In this document: positions 1 to 4,894 of the stretch, piece by piece
Numbering within the stretch: position 1 is the first letter of the stretch
Layout of the letters: each line of letters starts with the position of its first letter
DNA from: an uncultured archaeon
GTDB lineage: Archaea > Asgardarchaeota > Lokiarchaeia > Sigyniarchaeales > Promethearchaeaceae
Length of the DNA stretch: 6,132 bases
Direction of reading: 5' to 3'
Assembly: GCA_964426185.1 (NCBI GenBank)
Contig: CAYRPF010000103.1
Coordinates: 2,647 to 8,778, forward strand
The notes under the pieces: generated by a model
Told to the model about the DNA's origin: nothing
What the model saw: the letters and a program-made list of their open reading frames with translations, nothing else
Database searches by the model: none
Translations under genes and position numbers: made by a program

Positions 1-70
1 ACCCATGAAAATAATACCCATGAAAATAATACCCATGAAAATAATACCCATGAAAATAATACCCATGAAA
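1..70 (+). repeat. Perfect 15-bp tandem repeat ACCCATGAAAATAAT, 4 full copies plus a 10-bp partial copy (may extend left of the window); encodes THENN repeats
   Basis: Identical units at 1-15, 16-30, 31-45 and 46-60, then ACCCATGAAA at 61-70; in frame with the REC domain. Confidence 0.97.
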
Positions 71-465
71 TTGCACAAATTGAGAATATTTCTTCCAGAC
101 ATGGAACTCTTTTAGTGGTCGAAGATGAAAAACCAATCCGGCTTCTAATTACCACACAACTAGAAAGAATTGGGTATAAGGTTATTTCAGCGGAAGATGG
201 GGTTATGGGTCTTAAGAATTTTCAAGAATTTCGGGATAAAATAGATTTAATCATACTAGATGTAATAATGCCGAAAATGGGTGGAAAAGAATTCTTGAAA
301 GAGATCAGACAGAAAGACACAGAAATTCCCGTGTTAATCTCATCCGGTTATGCTAAAAAGGAAGAAATTTCGGAATTGCAAGCATTAGGAATTTCGGATA
401 TTTTACATAAACCCTTCGAAATCAGAGATTTAATAAACTTGGTTAATAAATGGATAGGTCACTAA
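1..465 (+). CDS. 5'-truncated gene ending in a CheY-like response-regulator receiver (REC) domain; probably the C-terminus of a hybrid sensor histidine kinase
   Basis: Frame 1 is open from base 1: (THENN)x4-THEIAQIENISSRHGTLLVVEDEKPIR... The GTG at 115 falls inside the first beta strand (LLVVEDE), so it is not the real start. REC motifs are present: acidic pocket VVEDE, phospho-acceptor Asp in DLIILDVIMPKMGG, IPVLISSGY and the conserved Lys-Pro in LHKPF. Stop TAA at 463-465. A terminal REC domain after a low-complexity linker is typical of hybrid kinases (inference). Confidence 0.9.
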   Translation, partial: THENNTHENNTHENNTHENNTHEIAQIENISSRHGTLLVVEDEKPIRLLITTQLERIGYKVISAEDGVMGLKNFQEFRDKIDLIILDVIMPKMGGKEFLKEIRQKDTEIPVLISSGYAKKEEISELQALGISDILHKPFEIRDLINLVNKWIGH

Positions 466-477
466 ATTTAAATTTAA

Positions 478-500
478 TTTCTTTTAAGTTGTATTTTTTC
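478..500 (+). terminator. Possible archaeal oligo-T terminator of the REC-domain gene
   Basis: TTTCTTTTAAGTTGTATTTTTTC lies just downstream of the stop at 465. Confidence 0.4.
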
Positions 501-537
501 CATAATTCTGTGAAGCTGTTTCTAAGAATTTTCGCTA

Positions 538-553
538 GATAAAACTTTAAAAA
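538..553 (+). promoter_or_regulatory. Candidate archaeal BRE/TATA promoter for the 689-aa gene (alternative TATA box TTTAAATA at 629-636)
   Basis: GATAAAAC-TTTAAAAA is a purine-rich BRE-like stretch directly before a TATA-like octamer. The AT-rich background limits specificity. Confidence 0.4.
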
Positions 554-710
554 GGGAAGAGTGCTAATGTTTATAGGGGATTCTTGAGAACAAAACGGAT
601 TTCATTCACACTAATGTCTGGAATCCTATTTAAATACTCAAATTCTTCCCAATGATTGTTTGAAGGTAAAGAATTAATTAGAAATATTTTCTCGCTATCT
701 TAGCAAACAA

Positions 711-719
711 AGGTGTGAT
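711..719 (+). promoter_or_regulatory. Shine-Dalgarno-like ribosome binding site
   Basis: AGGTGTGAT; the AGGTG core at 711-715 lies 10 nt before the ATG at 726. Confidence 0.55.
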
Positions 720-725
720 CCTTAG

Positions 726-2795
726 ATGGCTACTAAAGATAAAATTAACATAAATATTACAGAAATGGAAGAAACTGTGTTAAAGGCTGATAATTCGGTG
801 GAATCCATTGTGTGCTCGGGAACATTAGAAGTCGTAAACCCTTCTGCATCCCATAAAATTTGGAATGTTGAGTTGGATGTAGCAGAGACGGAACTTCTCC
901 AAAATATTGAAAATCACTATAAACGCAATGTAATTCCACCTTCTAATACTTGGTTGTTTGATTATACTATCCCTCAAATGAAGCAACCTGTGTTAGAAGT
1001 GGTAGAAAAATTCGATCTTTCTAAAGAATATAAAGATTTGAATCAGAATTTTACCCTGAACGCAAAAAATCTAGGCTCAATTTTTATAACATTGACAAAT
1101 ACTATTGATGTTCCGATTACCAATATTACAGTAATCAAAATTTTACCTGATTACTTTAAGGAAACGAAAATTGCCCGTTTTACCAGCGGCAATGCTGTAT
1201 TTGAAAATGATACGAACAAAGTAACTTGGACATTAGAAAGTCTCGCCCCGCATGAAACAGCAGAATTAGAAATTGAAGGAAGAGCCCTAATTACTGATTC
1301 CCAGAAAAAAGATGGAAAAGATCTGCAAGTTACATATTCTGCCTTAAACATATTAAAATCCAAAATTGTAGCAAATATAAGAGCTATTACTGAAACCATG
1401 GTTGGTATTTCATCTGAAGAAGATGATACTAAGCCAGGTTGGTGGAAATGTGAGTTAGAATTTGATAATGACTCCGATTTTGAACTCACAATTACGAAAG
1501 CTGAAGTAGTTCACAAAACTGAAGTCGAAGATAAAATCTTGGATATGGATTTAAATGTTGTTCTTCCTCCCAAGCAGACTTGGTCTCATGAATTCTCTTT
1601 GGAATCGGTTAATGTGCCGAAATTTTCTCATAAAGTAGATTTCACAGTCAATTTTTCAGTTGATACATTGTTAAATGGAAAAATCGTCAAGCAGCCTTCT
1701 GAATTTGATGTATTGGAGACCACGGTTGGCAAAGAAATTAATCCTCCAAGTGTGAAGGCCAATGCCCGTAGTGAACTGCGTATAACTGACTCGATTATCA
1801 ATGTAGGAACTGCAATTATTGATGATTTAGTAGTCAACGACTTCATTCCAGTAGATTTTGATGTTCCAGACATTACGCAGTTAAATGCTCACCTTTTGGA
1901 CCCAAACGGGGAAATAACGATAAAATTCGATCAAACCAACTTGAAAACCGAAATAACTCCTGATAACCATGATGTAGGAATGCCTCATACGATTAAAATG
2001 CATTTCTTCAATCTATCTGAATTAACTAAGAAATTTGTTCCGGGCTCAAAATTAGTTATCACTTATCCGTTGATCGCTCAAAATCCTCAACCAAATGAGC
2101 AGTACAAATTGAAAATCCAAACCTTTGCCAAAACTTCACCTGAAGGTTATCCATTTGAATTCACAGATGAGAAACCAGAAGTCCAAATCCAGTATGCAAA
2201 GCGGAAATTAAAAACAGCAAAAGCAATACAACCAGGTGGGTCTTCTGGAGAATTTATGGTGAAAATCAAAATAAAGAATGCTGGTGAAGTAGAATTAAAA
2301 AATGTCGCCGTCGAAGAAACAGTTCCAGCTGGTTTTAAAGTATCAAACTTCAGTCCTGAAAATATAACTCCCAAATACACCGAAGGAGAAGGTAATCATT
2401 CATCACAGATAACTTGGAATATCCCAATTATGCAACCTGGTGACCAAATTGTTTTTACTTATCAAGCTGAAGGAGAAGGGAACTTTGAAAGAACCGAACC
2501 TGTGGTACGTGTTGCAAAAGCAGATTATATGAGTCGTGTGACTGAATTGAAGCAAAAACCTGTAGAAGAAAGTGAATCAACACCCACAGAAGAATCCACA
2601 GAGCCTACTCCAGAGAGCACTGTCATTCACGAGAATAAGACAGATGAAGGTGAAAAACGGTTAATTTGTCCCCATTGTAATTCAAAGAATGTTGGAACCA
2701 AAGAAGATCGTGAAAACCCCATTTCATACATTAGCGGTTCTCCCATCTACGGGAAAAAACACTACTGCAAAAACTGTGGATATGAATGGAAATAA
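726..2795 (+). CDS. Uncharacterised 689-aa multi-beta-sandwich (Ig-like/DUF11-like) protein with acidic linker and C-terminal zinc ribbon
   Basis: Long ORF with an RBS. Repeated DUF11-like motifs: ITLTNTIDVPITNITVIKILPDYF...VTWTLESLAPHETAELEIEG; IINVGTAIIDDLVVNDFIPVDF; VKIKIKNAGEVELKNVAVEETVPAGF...ITWNIPIMQPGDQIVFTYQAEG. Linker PVEESESTPTEESTEPTPES. CPHC at 2667-2678 and CKNC at 2766-2777. No hydrophobic signal peptide or transmembrane segment is visible. The ORF is secure; the product description is motif-based. Confidence 0.8.
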   Translation: MATKDKININITEMEETVLKADNSVESIVCSGTLEVVNPSASHKIWNVELDVAETELLQNIENHYKRNVIPPSNTWLFDYTIPQMKQPVLEVVEKFDLSKEYKDLNQNFTLNAKNLGSIFITLTNTIDVPITNITVIKILPDYFKETKIARFTSGNAVFENDTNKVTWTLESLAPHETAELEIEGRALITDSQKKDGKDLQVTYSALNILKSKIVANIRAITETMVGISSEEDDTKPGWWKCELEFDNDSDFELTITKAEVVHKTEVEDKILDMDLNVVLPPKQTWSHEFSLESVNVPKFSHKVDFTVNFSVDTLLNGKIVKQPSEFDVLETTVGKEINPPSVKANARSELRITDSIINVGTAIIDDLVVNDFIPVDFDVPDITQLNAHLLDPNGEITIKFDQTNLKTEITPDNHDVGMPHTIKMHFFNLSELTKKFVPGSKLVITYPLIAQNPQPNEQYKLKIQTFAKTSPEGYPFEFTDEKPEVQIQYAKRKLKTAKAIQPGGSSGEFMVKIKIKNAGEVELKNVAVEETVPAGFKVSNFSPENITPKYTEGEGNHSSQITWNIPIMQPGDQIVFTYQAEGEGNFERTEPVVRVAKADYMSRVTELKQKPVEESESTPTEESTEPTPESTVIHENKTDEGEKRLICPHCNSKNVGTKEDRENPISYISGSPIYGKKHYCKNCGYEWK

Positions 2796-2826
2796 TTTTT
2801 ATTAAAACAATTAATATTTAGTATTG

Positions 2827-2848
2827 TTTTTTCTTCCTTTTTCTTTTA
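2827..2848 (+). terminator. Likely oligo-T terminator of the 689-aa gene
   Basis: The pyrimidine tract TTTTTTCTTCCTTTTTCTTTT starts about 30 nt after the stop, between convergent genes. Confidence 0.5.
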
Positions 2849-2896
2849 GTGTTTCTCTCAATCAAGGAATTAAGCAAGAATTTGACATGATATCTG

Positions 2897-2938
2897 AAAA
2901 ATAGTCGAAAAAAGGGATTACTGAGGGATTTCCTTCCC
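2897..2938 (-). terminator. Possible terminator of the DUF438/PAS gene
   Basis: The minus strand reads GGGAAGGAAATCCCTCAGTAATCCCTTTTTTCGACTATTTTT just after the stop: short GGGA/TCCC pairing followed by T6 and T5 tracts. Confidence 0.4.
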
Positions 2939-2942
2939 AATT

Positions 2943-4151
2943 TTAAGATTTTTGCTCTTGTTCCCAATTTAATAGACGGCGTTCTCCCTCAATTTCCTTG
3001 ATTTGAGAAATTTCTTGCGAAACTTCTAATGTGCCTTGATAATTGCCATTGTCATCTCTTACGGCAAAATATCGGATAAAGATGAATTTATCACCCATAC
3101 GGATCCAAAAGTCCGCTGAATCTTTAGTTCCCGCTTTAAATGTATTTAAAATTCTCTTCACGATGTGTTGACTTTTTGGAGGATGGCAATTCATTACATT
3201 CCGTCCAATAATACCTGGACTGCGGGGAAAGAGTCTATCTGGGGTATCAGAATAGTATAGAACATTATCATTTGCATCAATAAAAGTTATATCAAAAGGT
3301 AGATGGCGTAACATTAAATCCAACTGGGTTAAATTTAAAGATCCTGTATTTAAATGCAGAAATACATCTAAATTTGAAGTTACTGGCTGTTTTTGAGAAT
3401 TTTTTGCTTCAGAGGTTGAGGGTGAGGTTGAGGCTTGATTACTTAATTTTATTTCAGTTGTATGTTGATGTATTGTTTCGGGTGTTATTGGTTTCCATTG
3501 ATTTCCTGGTGTTATCCAAGCAAATCCAATTTGTTCTTCTCCATTCTTTACTTGAATCCATTGAGATTCGTTTAGTTTTTCTAAGGCAGTGGGAAATAAT
3601 ATATTTTCTTCCTTATAGATCATATCTTCAATGGCTTGATAGATTTCTTCTTTCTCTATTTTTTCAATATTGCGAAACATCTCTCTAACTTCATCATGTT
3701 TTGCCCACATTACTTGTGAAGGTCCAGCGAAACCCACCTTTTCAAGCATAGGAAAGAGTTGATTTTCCGATCGAGTATAATGGATTTTAATTTGTTCTAA
3801 GGATTTATATAAATCTGGATCAAATTGGGACTTAAGTTGTCTGATAATTTCTCTCGCTTTAGCGTTTTCCATACGGTATGTGTGAATGGGATGACCCGGA
3901 GTTAGTTCGGGATGATCTGGAATATCTATCGATTCCTTAAATATTTGTACATGCAAATCGCATAGTTTTGTTACTTGCTCTGTGGTGATATCCCCACTAT
4001 TTATTAGGTCTTGTTCCAAAGCGGCAATTTCATCAGATGAAATACTTCCAAATTCTTTTCTAAATCTTTCTTGAAGTTCTTCAGGTGTTTTTCCTTGATG
4101 TAGTTGAAGTATAATTTCCTTTAATGCATTTCTACGAGGATTTTCTTCCAT
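2943..4151 (-). CDS. DUF438 / hemerythrin-like (HHE) / PAS_10 domain protein (COG2461-like)
   Basis: The N-terminus shows the DUF438 pattern (LKEIILQLHQG..PEELQERF...IS.DEIA.LEQDLI..G......VTKLCDLHVQIFK). Hemerythrin-like motifs follow: PGHPIHTYRMEN, HYTRSENQLFP, GPSQVMWAKHDEVR, MIYKEENILFP. The C-terminal PAS_10-type domain reads LPFDITFIDANDNVLYYS...RLFPRSPGIIGRNVMNCHPPKS...FIFIRYFAVRDDNGNYQGTLEVSQEI. Confidence 0.9.
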   Translation of the reverse strand: MEENPRRNALKEIILQLHQGKTPEELQERFRKEFGSISSDEIAALEQDLINSGDITTEQVTKLCDLHVQIFKESIDIPDHPELTPGHPIHTYRMENAKAREIIRQLKSQFDPDLYKSLEQIKIHYTRSENQLFPMLEKVGFAGPSQVMWAKHDEVREMFRNIEKIEKEEIYQAIEDMIYKEENILFPTALEKLNESQWIQVKNGEEQIGFAWITPGNQWKPITPETIHQHTTEIKLSNQASTSPSTSEAKNSQKQPVTSNLDVFLHLNTGSLNLTQLDLMLRHLPFDITFIDANDNVLYYSDTPDRLFPRSPGIIGRNVMNCHPPKSQHIVKRILNTFKAGTKDSADFWIRMGDKFIFIRYFAVRDDNGNYQGTLEVSQEISQIKEIEGERRLLNWEQEQKS

Positions 4152-4417
4152 AGTTTGAATTTTTGTTTCTTACAATTAAAGAGTATTCCTTTTATGAAAT
4201 TTTCTGCTTTAGAGATTTGATTATCAATTAAAAGTAATGGAGATTAACAAGCCTTTATCATATAATTTTTTAAAAAATTAATTTTCAATATTATAAAAGA
4301 GAAATTGGCAAAAGTTAAATGAGAAATGGGCATTATATTGCATTGATCTTATCTTATTCCTGAAAGAGTTATTGAATGAAATATGTAGATTAAAATAACA
4401 TTTAAAGCGAAATTGAG

Positions 4418-4696
4418 ATGTTTAACATGAAAAAAAGTGAGAAATTGCAGCAAAATTTGGAACTTCTTAAACGTAAAATGAATCATTTAGAAACGGAGCA
4501 AAAACGGTTAGCCACAGAAAAAAAAGTTAAAAGTCGTGCTGTACATGGCAAAAAGGAAGCGGAAGAAATAGATAAAAAGTTAAAGCATATTGTTTTAGAA
4601 AAAAGGCGCATTCTTCAAGAAGAAAAGAAAATTAAACAGAAACTTTTCGTATTGCAAAAAAAAGAGCAAAAAAAAGAGCAAAAAAAGAAAAATTAG
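4418..4696 (+). CDS. Small, highly basic predicted coiled-coil hypothetical protein (alternative start ATG 4427)
   Basis: 92-codon ORF rich in K/E/Q/L with heptad-like spacing (LQQNLELLKRKMNHLETEQKRL; IDKKLKHIVLEKRRILQEEKKIKQKL) and no Pro. It is divergent from the DUF438 gene and co-directional with the downstream ATPase. Confidence 0.65.
   Translation: MFNMKKSEKLQQNLELLKRKMNHLETEQKRLATEKKVKSRAVHGKKEAEEIDKKLKHIVLEKRRILQEEKKIKQKLFVLQKKEQKKEQKKKN
4654..4688 (+). repeat. 12-bp tandem repeat GCAAAAAAAAGA, 2 perfect copies plus a third copy with A7 instead of A8; encodes QKKE
   Basis: Units at 4654-4665 and 4666-4677; degenerate unit at 4678-4688. Confidence 0.8.
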
Positions 4697-4742
4697 TAGG
4701 AAGATAAGTAGGAAGATAAGTAGGAAGATAAGTAGGAAGATA
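4695..4742 (+). repeat. Perfect 12-bp tandem repeat AGTAGGAAGATA x4
   Basis: Identical units at 4695-4706, 4707-4718, 4719-4730 and 4731-4742, overlapping the stop codon of the small ORF. There are no spacers. Confidence 0.97.
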
Positions 4743-4894
4743 AATTGGAACATAAATTTGAATAAAATAAACCATTTCTTATTTTCCTCAATTTTTATTT
4801 CTTCAATATTTTTTTTCCTTATGATTTTCAACAATACATTTTTATGAAAATCCGTTAATTATTCTATAGCAAAAATTCAGAGGATTTGATAGAA

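Noticed and set aside
1-70. CRISPR array interpretation of the tandem repeats (also 4695-4742)
   Set aside because: The units are 12-15 bp, directly adjacent with no spacers, and there are no cas genes in the window.
115-465. Stand-alone 116-aa response regulator starting at GTG 115
   Set aside because: The frame is open from base 1 and this start would cut the first REC beta strand; it is the end of a longer gene.
757-2380. Four minus-strand ORFs (757-939, 1151-1489, 1628-1873, 2147-2380)
   Set aside because: They lie wholly antisense to the 689-aa gene and show no recognisable motifs; shadow ORFs.
726-2795. S-layer or secreted adhesin call for the 689-aa protein
   Set aside because: There is no signal peptide, transmembrane helix or sorting motif, and the Cys4 zinc ribbon favours a cytoplasmic location.
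3374-3688. 104-aa plus-strand hydrophobic ORF
   Set aside because: Antisense to the well-supported DUF438/PAS gene; its L/F/V richness reflects the complement of A-rich codons.
4263-4280. Perfect 18-bp palindrome TAATTTTTTAAAAAATTA in the divergent promoter region
   Set aside because: It is pure A/T low-complexity sequence. It may simply be back-to-back TATA elements and cannot be supported as a specific operator.
4595-4834. 79-aa minus-strand ORF with LLIF repeats that looks like a membrane protein
   Set aside because: The hydrophobicity comes from the reverse complement of the purine-rich repeats, and it overlaps the coiled-coil ORF antisense.
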